Both the position numbers and the translations under genes were made by a program. 64,000 nt of DNA, taken from assembly GCF_009914755.1 (NCBI RefSeq), contig NC_060934.1; one strand, 5' to 3'. The DNA is from the human T2T-CHM13v2.0 reference genome, Homo sapiens. The notes under the pieces were generated by a model. That model ran no database searches. It was not told the DNA's origin and was given only the letters and a program-made list of their open reading frames with translations. Shown here one piece after another: positions 1 to 13,559 of the stretch (position 1 is its first letter; each line of letters begins with the position of its first letter).

Positions 1-554
1 GCGCTTGGGTCCCAGCCACCCTCATACCCACTCTACATGAGTAGCAAGACCCTCAAGCTGTGAGATTTTTGCTGCTTTACTGAGTTTCTACCTTGAAGGC
101 AGGTTTGGGAGCCTTAACTTTAAGAAGGATCTATATTGCAGTCGGTAGGTGTCTGATATCACTGGACGGGCCTCTGCTCTGTTCTTCCAACATGAATAAA
201 TGGCTCATCATGGAGCCCATTCCATTCCCGGTGTAAACCAAGAGCAGACGTCTGGTGCCCTTGCTCAAGCGAAGCACTGGCAACCACCACTTTACCTTAT
301 TTAGATTCTGGGAAGTAAGGAGATCAGAGTCAGAATGCAAAGCCCACAGCACACTGCCTTTCCCACCCACCCCCGGCGGTTCCAGCATGCATGGGAAACC
401 CCTGAGCACATTCCTAACAGCCGGTCCCTTCCACGTTGCCCCACAGCCAGTGCCTCTTGTCCTCTGGTTCCAGTTACTCATGGTACTCCTCCAACCCCAT
501 GAGGCCTGGCTCGTGTATTAATAACTATTGTAGAAAAGTGTCCAAGTCTCTTAC

Positions 555-651
555 CTTCTCTGGTTTCTGTTTTAGAGATGATACAAGGAAATATAACACT
601 CTGGATCACTTCATCTTACCCAAAGCAAGAACATCTTAAAGGATTTAGATA
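555..651 (-). other. Candidate 97-nt non-coding exon (possible lncRNA exon)
   Basis: Minus-strand acceptor TTTTTTTTTTCTCAG| at 652 and donor AAG|GTAAGA at 554. Stop codons in all three frames. No transcript evidence available. Confidence 0.25.
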
Positions 652-936
652 CTGAGAAAAAAAAATATGCATGATAGATACTTTCAGGAACGTGCACAAT
701 AGACTTGGAAGCCTCCGAGGATTCCGCCTGAGGACACGGCCCCATGAGCCGGCTCACGCTCAGAAGGATGGCTGCCTCCACAAGGCTGCCAATTTGAGCA
801 CCGGCCAAACTGCAACCAGACCCCAGGAAAGGTAAAATAGATTGAAATGTATTGCGCGGTACTCAGATTCACTCCTCTGTCTGCGAGATTATTCTTCTTA
901 AACACACACCCACACAGCGAGCATCTGCCCACGGCC

Positions 937-1303
937 CCGTGGCGTGCTGGAGCTGACATGTATCGGCTCATGGGAGCCAGTTGTTAAATTTTCAGGAATT
1001 TTTTGAATCTTTGTTAAACACAGCCATTGTTAAATACTAAATTATATACATTTAACATTAAGTAAATTATATTTTATGAAAGGTAATAGGTGCCCCAAAT
1101 GAATAACTTTCTAATTATTTCATGACCTTTTCCAGCAAACTGTCCTCTTGAGGTTACTTATGCCAGTGTTATCTATATGGTAAAAATACCGTATATTGGA
1201 GGGCCACCTAGTAGGAATATTTACACCTCAGAAACTGGCAACCACTATCAGTCAGGGCTTTCCGCCTTGGAGAACTGGTTGTTAAACACTTCCTAGCACA
1301 GTT
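937..1303 (+). mobile_element. MER63-type hAT DNA transposon remnant
   Basis: Begins GTGGCGTGCTGGAGC..GAGCCAGTTGTTAAATTTTCAGGAA and ends CTGGTTGTTAAACACTTCCTAGCACA, matching recalled MER63 termini. Confidence 0.75.
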
Positions 1304-3044
1304 CCATGCCCTCTGCTCTCAGCTCTACAATAGCTCGTAATAAGTCCAATTGGGGAAGTGCTCAGAATGCATTTCTTCATTCATATTCCCCATGAACTCT
1401 CCTGCCAGTGAACAGCCATTCACTCCAGTGTGTGGAAAGCAGGAATCTCATCTTTTTCCTTTAAATCTGTTCAGCCATGTAGAGAATTATCCCATGTAAT
1501 AGACTTTATCTCCATACTGCAATTATTAATATTGGGCAGAGGTCATGTGCTTCTTGGCAAGGCTCATGTTCCCAAGTATAAATCATGATAAAATAGGTTA
1601 GCTCTGGAAGGCGGAGTGATGTTTTCGATTTGGCCAGTGTAGAAATAGAGTTGGATTTAAACAAGGGCTTTAAAAAAAATTGAAGTCCAGCAGTACAGAC
1701 ATGATTGAAATAACCTGGATACGTTATGAACTTCGCAGCCAGTGGAAATCAGCCCGGGGACAAACTGAAGCCACCGTGCCAGAGCAGGTCCTCGCTTGCA
1801 GCCTGGAATCACAGCGAGTCTGTGCTGCGCACCTTTTTATGGCCAATTATGCGGATGCTTCATTCTGCTCAGTAGAGGGGAGCTTGCACTCCCCTCATCA
1901 AATCTATGAGCAGGAGCCAACACACCCTGTGCAGGTCTCTGAGAAAGAGGCACACACATCATCTTTGCAATAAAGCTTTCCAGTTTCTCTGATTAATATT
2001 AAAAAGAAGTATAATAACATGACCCGAAGAATAGACATAATCCTCTCATTCGGAGGGTTGGCACCACAGTACCATACCATGCACTCCAGGCTCAGGCAAA
2101 TGTGTCAGGGTCCCTGCAGACCTTAGCTCCCACCCTCATGCCCCCACCTCTCTCCCAGTGCTCTCTCCTCAGGGTCAGTGGCAACTCACATCTCCACATC
2201 TCCATCTTGACAGCTTAGGGCTCCAAAAACAACAGAAAATAAGAAATAAAAAGTCAGACGATGCCTGTCTTCTTAGCCCCCCTGGGAGTGACTTCACAGG
2301 GCAGATGTTTCCTGCAGAATCTGCAGCCCGATCTGGTTAGGGCCTGTGCACCCTCTCAATGTTTCCTATTGTCATGTAGCTTTATCTCCTCATCTCAGTT
2401 TTTCTTCATTTATTACTCTTAAATGAATATTTATTAAGGATTTATGATATACCAGAAATAAGGCATAATATGCAGAAAAGCACGTTGAGGAAACTCTATG
2501 AAATGCGATATTAGTGAAGGCGTTCCTTGGGGAAATGGTGTGCAGTTTATCAGGGTGTCTTGTGAACGTTGCATGAAAATTTCCTCAATAAAAGGGAGAT
2601 TCTACCTGATGTTAATTTGGAGCATATATCCATATGCACGTACAAGTGTTTATATATTTAAGATGGGGAGGAATCACATGGTTCAGCACAGTCTTCTCCA
2701 CAGTCCCAGGGCTGCAATCTTGCTAGTGCCCCACCTAGGCAAGAGTTTATTATGGTGTTAAGTCACTCTTGTAATGTCTCCCTAGCTCGGTATTTCATTT
2801 TGCTCAAATTTTCCATTTTTATCCATATTTAGTTCTGGGCTGACCAACACAAGACTCTTATGCAGTTTTCTTCTTACAACTTTTCAATAGACTATGGCAG
2901 TGTTTGATATCAATCTGTGCATGCATTGTTTGTGACTCTAACAGTCCAGATGGCAGGGCCCATCTCTTAGATATTGTTAAAACTGTTGAATACAGGGTGT
3001 GACACATTCTAGCCCTTCCAGGAGCCCTTCCTTGTCATGGCCAC

Positions 3045-3355
3045 CCATTCACAGCAGGCCTGGTCATGTGACCTCTTTTGGCCAATGAGTGTGAGCAGAA
3101 GCTACACTGGCCAATCCCAAGCAGTAGCTATCACACCCAGGAGACTGCCATGATTTCTTTTTTTTCCTTCTGCCAGGAGACCGGGAGCCTCCCAGACACG
3201 GGCTGCTCTGTCAGTTGGGGGCCTGTAGCAAAGAGAATCTGGAGAATGCCACAGCACATCTGTGATGAACACAAAAGATGATTGTCACTGTAAACCACTG
3301 GTAATTCAAGATCTTCATATTTTTAGTTTGTAGTGTAAATTAGTCTATCCTGAAT
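3045..3355 (+). mobile_element. Old MaLR LTR (MLT1I/J/K-like)
   Basis: GGTCATGTGACC..TTTGGCCAATGAG..TGAGCAGAAG and TGTAAACCACTG hallmarks. Confidence 0.6.
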
Positions 3356-3473
3356 GGGCTAATATGCTAAAACTTTTTGTTTGGAGTTTTAGGCAAGCCC
3401 ATAGGGAATTAACATTTTTATTCTATCCCAGGGCTTTTATCTCATGCCCATTTGCTGCTAAGGCGAAGGATAA

Positions 3474-3774
<301 letters not shown>

Positions 3775-3850
3775 TCTACAAAAAAATTTTTAAGAATTAG
3801 CTGGGCACGATGGCATGCATCTGTGGTCCCAGCTACTCAGAAGGCTGAGG
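3775..3850 (+). mobile_element. Alu fragment (A-rich linker plus start of right arm)
   Basis: TCTACAAAAAAA..AATTAGCTGGGCA..GTCCCAGCTACTCAGAAGGCTGAGG, opposite in orientation to the adjacent Alu. Confidence 0.85.
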
Positions 3851-4373
3851 TATCTGTAATATTAACTCTTTTCCAGTGGCTTCAGATATACGTGAAGTGG
3901 ACACAGTAGAGCTTCTATCACAATATTAGTTGATAAATATATGACTATTAGTTTTCTAAAAAGTGGGCAAAAACCTAGCACCTTAGTAAAAATCACCTTA
4001 GTAAATAACGGTAACTAATATGAAATAAGGCATGAAACAATAAACACGTTCCTTCTAGGTGCTAAAATTATATCTGCATCCACCCAAGCTAATCAGATTC
4101 CATTTTATTTGGAAACTAAAGTCTCATAAAGAACTTTGTTTTATTCAAATAACCATGAAAACCATACAAGCTGTTCTAAGTATGTTGCTCTTATTTTTGT
4201 GAGCATTCCTTTTGACTTGACATTGACCTCTCCACCTAAGAAGTTTGAAGACAAACCCCTGGTGCTTTATACCTTTAATGATACATCCCCTGATTTTATC
4301 TGCAACTCCTTGAACAAAAATCTCTAGGCTATTTCTTATTTCTCACATACTTTTCCTTCCTTCTTTTCTTTTC

Positions 4374-4671
4374 TTTTTTTTTTTTTTTTTTTGAGATGGA
4401 GTCTCACGCTGTCTCCAGGCTGGAGTGCCATGGCGCAATCTTGGCTCCCTGCAACCTCTGCCTCCTGGGTTCAAGCAATTCTCCTGCCTCAGCCTCCTGA
4501 GTAGCTGGGACTACAGGTGCGTGCCACCATACCTGGCTAATTTTTGTATTTTCAGTAGAGACGGGGTATCACCATGTTGGTCAGGCTTGTCTTAAACTAC
4601 CAAACTCGTGATCTGACTGCCTCTGCCTCCCAAAGTGCTGGGATTACAGGCGTGAGCCACCATACCCGGCC
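4374..4671 (-). mobile_element. AluS (Sc-like)
   Basis: Poly-T followed by a full antisense Alu dimer. Confidence 0.93.
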
Positions 4672-4884
4672 CTTATTTTTTAATAGTCAGGTTTTTTAAT
4701 GAAGTCATTAAAGTCAGATTATACAGAATCAGAGGGAGTCAAAAGTCAGTTTCCTTTTACTGTGTCTCCCAAATCCACTTGCCTTTTCAAAGATAATTGC
4801 TGAAAACATTATTTGGTGGGTATCATTTATATCCTTTTATGTCAAAATATGTGAGTGAATATTTTACACATGCAAGTTTGTTCT

Positions 4885-5625
4885 TTTTTTTTAAATTTTT
4901 TCATTATACTTTAAGTTCTGGGATACATGTGCAGAATGTGCAGGCTTGTTACATAGGTATGCACGTGCCATGGTTGTTTGCTGCACCCATCAACCCATTA
5001 TCTACATTAGGTATTTCTCCTAATGCTATTCCTCCCCTACCCCCCTGATCCCCCGAAAGGCCCTGGTGTGTGATGATCCCCTCCCTGTGTCCATTTGTAG
5101 TCATTGTTCAAATTCCACTTATGAGTGAGAACATGTGGTGTTTGGTTTTCTGTTCTTGTGTTAGTTTGCTGAGAACAATGGTTTCCAGCTTCATCCATGT
5201 CCCTGCAAAAGACATGAACTCATCCTTTTTTATGTCTGCATAGTATTTTATGGTGTATATGTGCCACATTTTCTTTATCCAGTCTATCATTGATGGGCAT
5301 TTGGGTTGGTTTCAAGTCTTTGCTATTGTGAACAGTGCTGCAGTAAACATACGTGTGCATGTGTCTTTATAGTAGAATGATTTATAATACTTTGGCTATA
5401 TACCCAGTAATAGGATTGCTGGGTCAAATGGTATTTCTGGTTTGAGATCCTTGAGGAATCGCCACACCGTCTTCCACAATGGTTGAACTAATTTACACTC
5501 CCACCAACAGTGTAAAAGCAAAAGCGTTCCTATTTCTCCACATCCTCTCCAGCATCTGTTGTCTCCTGACTTTTTAATGATCACCATTCTAACTGGCGTG
5601 AGATGGTATCTCATTGTGGTTTTGA
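4885..5625 (-). mobile_element. 5'-truncated L1PA (about L1PA6-8): 3'UTR plus ORF2 C-terminus
   Basis: TTATACTTTAAGTTCTGGGATACATGTGCAG 3' end. ORFs 5108-5290 and 5396-5614 translate to L1 ORF2p C-terminal motifs ([33 protein letters not shown]). Confidence 0.95.
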
Positions 5626-5789
5626 AAGGTGAAAGAGATATTGATGAGTGGGGAAAAAGTATTCAGTGTGACAATAAGAAGACTAATAAAAAACTTGCAC
5701 ATTTCTCTGCAAATTTGTTCTCATTAGTCTTCATATTGTCATGCAGAATACTTTTCACCCTTCATCAATATCTCTTTCACCTTTTTCAA
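5622..5789. repeat. Imperfect inverted repeat, ~80-bp arms with an 8-bp loop
   Basis: 5622-5699 is the reverse complement of 5708-5789 (AAAGGTGAAAGAGATATTGATGA ... TCATCAATATCTCTTTCACCTTT). Confidence 0.9.
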
Positions 5790-5804
5790 TGCTATTTACT
5801 TTTA

Positions 5805-6900
5805 ATATTATTTTTTCACAGTTTTAATAAGGTAGAATTGACAAATAAATAATTGTATATATTTACAGTATATGACGTCATGTTTTGATGCATGCATACA
5901 TTGTAAAATGATTACATGGAGCTCATTCACTCATCTATTACCTCTCCTGTTTATTTTCTTTTTCGTGGTGAGAATATTTAAGATCTAATCTCTTAGCAAT
6001 TTTCAAGTCTCAAATATATTATTAACTATTGTCATCATGCTGTACAACAGATCTCCAAAATTTTTTCATTCTAACTGAAACTTTGTACCTTTTAACTGAC
6101 ATCTCTCCACCCTCCACCTCTCCAGTCCTTGGCAACCACCATTCTACTCTGTTTCCGTGAGTTTGGAAATTTTAAATTCCACCTACAATTAAGATTATGT
6201 AGTGTTTGTCTTTCTGTGACTGGCTTATTTCCCTTAGCATAATGTACTCCAGGTTAACCCATGTTGTCACAAATCACAAGACTTCCTTCTTATGTATAGT
6301 ATCATATCCCATTGTGATTCATATCCCACTGTGTACGTATCCACTTATCCATTTATCCATCATTGGACACCTAGGTTGATTCCACATCTTGACTATTGTG
6401 AAACATGCTGCAATGAATGTGACAGTGGAGATATCTCCTTGACAGATTGTTTTCATTTCCTTTGGATATATATGCAGAAACAGGACTTCTAGATCATAGG
6501 GTAGTTCTATTTTTAATGTTTTGTGGAACCTCCACCCTGTTTTCCATAATGGCTGTACTAATTCACATTTCCACCAACAGTGTTCAGGGGTTCCCTTTTC
6601 TTCATATCTTCACCAATGCTTATTTTTTGTCTTTTTGGTAATGGCCATTCTAACAGATATGAGATGATATTGCATTGTGGTTTTAATTTGCATTTTCCTG
6701 ATGATAAATGAAGTTGAGCATTTTTTCATAAACGGTACCTGTTTGCCGTGTATGTGTCTCTCTTTAAGAAATGTCTATTCAAGCCCTTTTCCCCATTTTT
6801 CAACAGAGTTATTACTTGGTTTTTGAGATGTTTGGGTTCGTTAGAAATTTTGGATATTAGACTTTTCTCAGATACGTGGGTTTGCAAATATTTTCTCAGG
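5805..6900 (-). mobile_element. L1MA-type (L1MA9/10-like) 3' fragment
   Basis: Antisense L1M 3'UTR (GGCAACCACCATTCTACTCT, TGGCTTATTT..TTAGCATAATG) running into the ORF2 end (TTGTGGTTTTAATTTGCATTT). Confidence 0.85.
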
Positions 6901-6904
6901 TTCC

Positions 6905-7350
6905 TAGCATTAGTATTTTTGCTCCCCCATATAGTATTTTATAGGATGGTTGTACCATACTATATTTAATTACTTTACAATAGATGAGAATTCAAGCTGG
7001 TTCCAGTTTTTAGCTATTGCAAACAATGCTGCCATACTGAGTACTTTCAGTGGTATGTAACTGTGTTAGTATTTCTATAGGATAGTTTCTAGAAGCAGCT
7101 TGCTGTTAAGGATGTGCACGCTGTAAATGTTGATAGTTGCCGCTATAAGCTCTTCAAAAATGTTCCAGCAAAACACATCCAGCAAACCACAGTGAATGTG
7201 TATGAACGTGCCTCCTGTTTCCTGCCATTGTTGTCACTCATGATTACATTAATCTGTACTAGCAAAATATAGCCTCTCTTCATTACTGTATTTTGAACAC
7301 ACTCCCTAGTATTGGGTTGAGACTATGTTCACATGTCTATGAGTATTTGT
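6905..7350 (-). mobile_element. Old L1M fragment
   Basis: TTCCAGTTTTTAGCTATTGCAAACAATGCTGC motif typical of the L1M 3' region. Confidence 0.55.
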
Positions 7351-7902
7351 GTTTCCCCCAACCCCCCTTGAAAATACTACTGCTTTAATTTCCTTTCATT
7401 TTTTTTCTTTTCTTCTCATATCTTTTCCTTTATTTTTGATGCTTCTTGCCAAATTTTTTACAATCTATTTTTCAGCCTTTTAATCTTTCAATTTTTTTGT
7501 ATCATGTTACTTGGTGTGTATTTCTTATACATAGCACATAGCTATTTTTTTCTTTTTATCTAGTCTCCTCTTCTAATGTACAAAATAAATGCATGCACAT
7601 GTACTGGGCTAATTGATATGTTTCATTTTCTTACTGTTTTTTATCTTTCATACTTTACCTAGTTGGCTTAAATTTTTTTCTTACTTATTTGCTTTAGGGT
7701 TTTGTAATTTATATGTACTATTTCTCTTCTCTAGTCTTACTTTTAAATATGTTTTATGTAAATGCTAAATATTTGCAACTATAATTTACCCTTTCCCCAA
7801 AAATAAGGCAAACATTTTGCACACTTGTCATCTTTCTCCCTATATCCCAACTTTAAATGAAAATATCCTTTTTTCTTACAAACTTACACTTATTCTACTT
7901 TT

Positions 7903-8222
7903 TTCTCTCTTTTTTTTTTTTTTTTTTTTTTTGGCGATGGATTCTTGCTCTTGTCACCCAGGCTGGAGTGCAATGGTATGATCTCAGCTCACTGCAACCT
8001 CTACCTCCCCGGTTCCCTGGTTCAAGTAATACTCCTGCCTCAGCCTCCTGAGAAGCTGGGATTACAAGCACCTGCCACTACGCCCAGCTAAATTTTGTAT
8101 TTTTAGTAGATACAGGGTTTCACCATGTTGGCCAGGCTGGTCTCGAACTTGTGACCTTGTGATCTCCCCACCTAGGCCCCCCAAAATGCTGGGATTACAG
8201 GTGTGAGCCACTGTGCCCGGCC
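7903..8222 (-). mobile_element. AluS with target-site duplication
   Basis: Full antisense Alu. TSD TTATTCTACTTTT at 7890-7902 and 8223-8235. Confidence 0.95.
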
Positions 8223-9560
8223 TTATTCTACTTTTATAGTAATCAGTTATTAATAAATGCAACAAATTTAAGTGAGGAAATAAAACCTTTAGACAAACAT
8301 TTTATTCAAACATATTGATTTTTAAATGATAATTATGGGTGCTGTCCTCCCCATAGCAATTCTGCTGCCTCTAGGACCCAAAGGAAGTCAAGTTGATTGC
8401 ATGTGGTGAACTGTTTTTCTCGGTTAAATTATACTAACTGCCCTACACCAAACGTCCCAGTGCTGGTTGGTGGGAAGTGATATAGTAAAAAACACACAGT
8501 GATTAACCACAAAGATCAGATGGATTCAGGACAGAAGCTGTATTCTACCTTTACTCTTTCTGATTTCACCATTGCTGAGCTTGGGTTGCTGACAATGTCT
8601 TTCAGCAAAGTGGGTTGAGTTCTCAGATAATGTTTATTTTATCAACATGGTTTTTGTTGCTGTCATTAAGAATGGACTGGAATTTCCCAGTGGTAAAACA
8701 GCAAACCTGGGAGAGGAAAAGAGCCCGTTTCGCAGGTGCAGGTGTTTGTTGCAAGCTCTGTAGAGATCTCGCCTTGTGCTGGCACCGTAATCGAACTGTT
8801 GGAAAGAGGGTGCAGCAGACTCACACTCCAGGGTCCCCAGCACAGCAGGAGGCTGTTGGCATTGACATCACTCTCCAGCATGGCCAGAGGGCTGCAATTT
8901 GGTGGGGCCAGCCCAGGTCCCTTGGAAGACGCTTTATCAAAGCATTTAACTAGAAGAATTAAAATTCAGTTTTATTACCAAATAGAAAACGAAACAGAGG
9001 AAGGAGGACAGAAATAAAGCCAAAGCATATTAGTGATGATAACAACTGTGACTGACTCCAACTTTTCTATTAAAAGATTTGCATATCAGTACACATAACT
9101 TATACAAAGTTGGGCCTTGCTTATTTTATACACATACATTAAACCAAATCATAGAAACATTTTTAAAGAGTCAGACAGTCAAATGCTAACCAAAAGAAAA
9201 GCTAATGTGGCACTATCAAAAGTTGAGAAAGTAGGATTCAAGGCAGGAATATTTAAACAGGACAAAGAAGCATATATTTTATGTTGATGATAATTAAAAT
9301 AGCCTGAGAAGGAATAGCAGTCATTGTCGCATATACAGTGAGCAATGTAAATCAAATTGTATCAAGGAAAATAATTATGAGTAAAATATGAATTAATGAA
9401 ACCATGGTCATAGAGGGAAGATTTAATTTACTTTCTCCAGCATTGGAAAATCAAATAGACAAAAAATGTGAGCCTGTAGAGGATATAATTAACAAAATTA
9501 ATAAGTTCAATCACATACAAACACCTATACATGGGCACATATAGAGCTAGAGTTAGTGCG

Positions 9561-9670
9561 TTATAACTAGTATGTGTGTGTACGTGTATGAGCATATATA
9601 AGCATGTATGCGCACTATTATAACTATTATGTGTGTGTACATGTATGAGCACATATAAGCATGTTTGTGC
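9561..9670. repeat. Tandem duplication, 57-bp period, 2 copies
   Basis: TTATAACTA(G/T)TATGTGTGTGTAC..AAGCATGT repeated at 9561 and 9618. Confidence 0.85.
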
Positions 9671-11656
9671 TTGTACATGACACACACATTTGTAGGCAGC
9701 AAATAAAGATTTTACCTTTAATCAAATATCCACTAAAATAAAAGCAAATCCTTTACTTCTGGGTGTGAAGATCCGATATGATACAGGTGTCAAATTTCAA
9801 TCCCAATGAAAATCCCAATAGAATTTCATTAAACTTGAAAACAGTCATTCTAAAAATTATCTGGAAGACAAAATTATACAGAACAATGCCAGGATATTCA
9901 CTCTTTCAATTTCATTTCAAGATTGTCTTGGAGGTTCTTGCCCATGCAGTCGGAGGAACAGCCAAAGAAAAGCTGAAAGATTAATTAGAAAGGAAGAAAG
10001 AACACTGTCATTTTTTAAAAAGATAAAATAAACAAAATCACAAATAAACAATTGTGTATATCAATAGCCCAAATGGATTTTCAGATTAATTAATGAATTA
10101 AGAAGTAACTTTAAAACTTCTCTAGGGACAGAAGTTAATAAACCTAAATCCTCCTTTATATAGTCATATACAACAAAAAATGAATATGTAAAGGTATCAT
10201 TTTCAATATTATTAAAAATATCAGATACATAGAAATAAATATTGCACATACTATGGGCAAGACATCTACATAGGAAACTGTAAAACCAATTAAGTTAAAG
10301 ATGATGTAAGTAATGAAGACATAAACCATGCATGTGAATTGGATGATACAATAGCATAAAAATGTTAACTCCCCTAAGCTGATCAGTGCCTTTTGAGTGG
10401 GAATACAGCAGATCTAAAGAGGATCTAATTATAAAACTGATTTAAACATTCAAATAAAAATCCAAAGTGCCAAGAACAGCTCTGGTCACCTTAAAAGAAA
10501 AGAACAAGTAGGAAGAATTGCTTTATAAGAAATTAAAGCTTATTATAAGGTTATATTAATTAAGACAGTGTGTATTACCAAAGGGATGTTCAAAGAGACC
10601 AACAGTACTGAATTTAATGGTGTGAAAACAACATATACATATATGGCAATTGATTTAGGACAAAGGTGGAATTGTAAAACAATGGGGAAAAGGATAGACT
10701 TTCAAAAATAATGCTGGGAAAATTGGATACCCATATGGAAAAAGATATTGGGTTACCTTATATGCAAAACTCTAGTCCAAGAAATTATATACTTAAGTGT
10801 AAAAGGCAAAAGAATACCCTGTTTAGAAGACATTGTAGACAAACATCTTCATGACTTAAAGGTAGAAAAATATTTCTTAAAAAGGACACACAAATTAGCC
10901 ATAAAGGAATTGGCTGACACATTTGAATACCTTAAAAATAAGAGCATCTTTTTATCCATAGACACCATCAGGTATATGAACGAACAAGCCACAAAACAGA
11001 AGAAGGAAGACGTTTTCAATTCACATACCAACAAAAAGCACAAACCCGGAGTATGTAAAGAATCTCTAGAAAACAACATGAAAAGGGTAGACAACTCAGT
11101 TTAAAATGGGCAAAAGACATGAACAAACACTTCACAAATGTGAATCCAAATGGCCAATAGGTGTATAAAAAGTGCTCAAGTCATCAGAGAAATGTAAATT
11201 CAAGCCTCAAGAAATGCTATCATACTCACTTGAAAGGCTAAAATGAAAAAGATAATCAATATCAAGCAGTGGTGAAAATGGAGTTCAATGGAAATATTTA
11301 TACCCTGCTGGTGGGAGTGTAAATGTGCCTGATATACTGCAAACATGTGGCATTACCGTCAATATTAAACATGCGCATACAGTTGAAGCTGGCACCATAC
11401 ACTCTGAAGCATGGTGCATAGAGACTCACGTGCCCTGGAAGACATATACAGGAATCCACAGAAGCATTATTCAGAAGAGTCCTAAACAGGAAGCAATCCA
11501 AGTTTGCAGCAACAGCATAACAGATACATATATTGTAGGATATTAATGTTAGAGAATATAGCAATGAAAGTGATTTAAATTAAGTTATACGTAACAATGT
11601 AGATGAGTTTTCAAAACAAAATATTGAATGAAAGAGGCCAAATACAAAAGGATGTT

Positions 11657-11979
11657 GTTTTTTTTCTTTCTTTCTCTTTTTTTTTTTTTTTTTTTTTTTG
11701 AGACAGAGTCTCGCTCTGTTGCCCAGACTGGAGAGCAATGGCGTGGTCTCGGCTCACTGCAACCTCCGCCTCCTGGGTTCAAGCGATTCTCTTGCCTCAG
11801 CTTCCTGAGTAGCTGGGATTACAGGCACCCGCCACCATGCCTGGCAAATTTTTGTATTTTTAGTAGAGATAGAGTTTCATCATGTTGGCCAGGCTGGTCT
11901 CGAACTGCTGACCTCGTGATCAGGCCACCTCGGCCTCCCAAAGTGCTGGGATTAGAGGCGTGAGCCACTGCACCTGACC
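11657..11979 (-). mobile_element. AluS (Sg-like)
   Basis: Long poly-T plus a full antisense dimer. Short TSD-like AAG(G/A)ATGTT on both sides. Confidence 0.95.
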
Positions 11980-13413
11980 AAGAATGTTAAGTTCTTTCAT
12001 ATAAAGTCCATTTATATGAAATTCAAAAGTGTACAAAATTCCATGACAGTGTTTCAGCATTTGCACTTGGCTGTAATTATGCTGAGAGTCAGTGTGGTAG
12101 CTCCTGTCTGGAAGCAGTGAGTTGAGGCTGGGGTCAAGCTAGGCAACTTGGGGCCTTCAGTGTTCCGTTTCTTGACCGGGGTGGTAATTACAAGGGTGTT
12201 CACTCTTAAATAATTTGTTAAGTTCTACATTTATATTTTATGCATTTTAATACACACATTATATTTCATAATAAAATGTTCTAAGAAAATGAGAATTTTT
12301 AGAGAAGAATATATTTGTCAAAATGAGTGTAATAAGCAAGTTCTATATGTGAACACGCATAACCAAACTGTAATCGTGGAAACAGTGTCCAGGAGCCAGT
12401 GCACAGAGCGAGTCACTCTACAGCTGTGCCTGAGACATGCAAAGCACTTAACGTGTGATAGAGGCATCTTTTTAAATCCATGAGCAATAGATAGGTGGAT
12501 TATTTAATTAATTGTGTCAGGATAAATAGTGCTAGCTAAATAGAAAAAACTATTGAACCTAAATACTTCTCTCATATCATGTAGGACAACAACAAACACT
12601 AGATGAAATAATAAGTTCATTATAAAAATCAAGTAATCAGCAAAATTATTTTACCTTTGGGTGTATGGGTAAAGGAGGGAATTCCAAGTAAAAACAAAAC
12701 AAAACCTTAGTGAGAGCGTCAATAAATCAAAATTACCATTTATGATTTTAAAACTTCTGATGTCTAAAACTTCCAATTTAAAAATTAAAAAGCATGTATC
12801 AAACTGGGAAATTATATTTTAAACCTTTATGACACACAGGGATTAATACCCTTAATGCACAAGCATGTATATATGTTGATTTTTTAGAAGATGCCAAGAC
12901 TCAAGGAGAGAGCCAGAGTATTTTACAAAAAAGTAAATATTACACAAATGGATATTGGTGATGAAAAGTTCCATCTTACAAGTACTGAAATAGTTAAAGG
13001 TTAGAACAAGATGATCCCATTTGTCACCTATCAAATTGTCAGGGATTTTTAAGTACTGGCAAGGACTCAGTTGGGTAGAATTCTCATCCTGCTGATGGCC
13101 TGTCCATCAGGGAAAAGCGACTGGTCAATGGGTATCAAGAACCATCAGTCCATTTTTTCCTTTTTACCCAGTACTTCTCCTCCTGGAAGCCTATTCCAGG
13201 GAAATAATAAGAAATATGGACAAAGATTAATGCATAAACTCATGGCTTGCTGTGTTATTTGTAATAGCAATATATTGGCTATAGCCTAAGGTCCAGCACT
13301 ACGGAGCAAGTTCCGACCCATCCCCTGAGGCTCCATGCTGCACCACCGGAATCCCGTTCCTAAACAGCTTGTGACACCGTGGGGAAACTCATGCATAGAA
13401 TGAAGATGGGGCG

Positions 13414-13559
13414 GGGGCAGATCCAGGTTTTGGGGGCCTGAGCACTACACAACTTGTGTGGCCTTTAAGAGAGAGAATAAAATTCCCCAGTACAGGATGG
13501 AGCCACAGCTAGGGTCCCTGAAGTTTAAGCTTCATGTGCTTCTTAGAAATCTATCTCTG
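13414..13559 (+). mobile_element. MER53-like hAT MITE
   Basis: GGGGCAGATCCAGGTTTTGGGGGCCTGA ... CCCTGAAGTTTAAGCTTCAT ... AAATCTATCTCTG. Confidence 0.6.

Larger units (their letters stand above)
9020..13380 (+). mobile_element. Fragmented ancient L1M (L1ME/MC-like) ORF2 and 3'UTR pieces, interrupted by an Alu and a simple repeat
   Basis: A-rich sense-strand L1 ORF2 remnants (AAATGCTAACCAAAAGAAAAGC, AAAATGGGCAAAAGACATGAAC, GCTGGTGGGAGTGTAAA). Probably several separate fragments. Confidence 0.7.
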
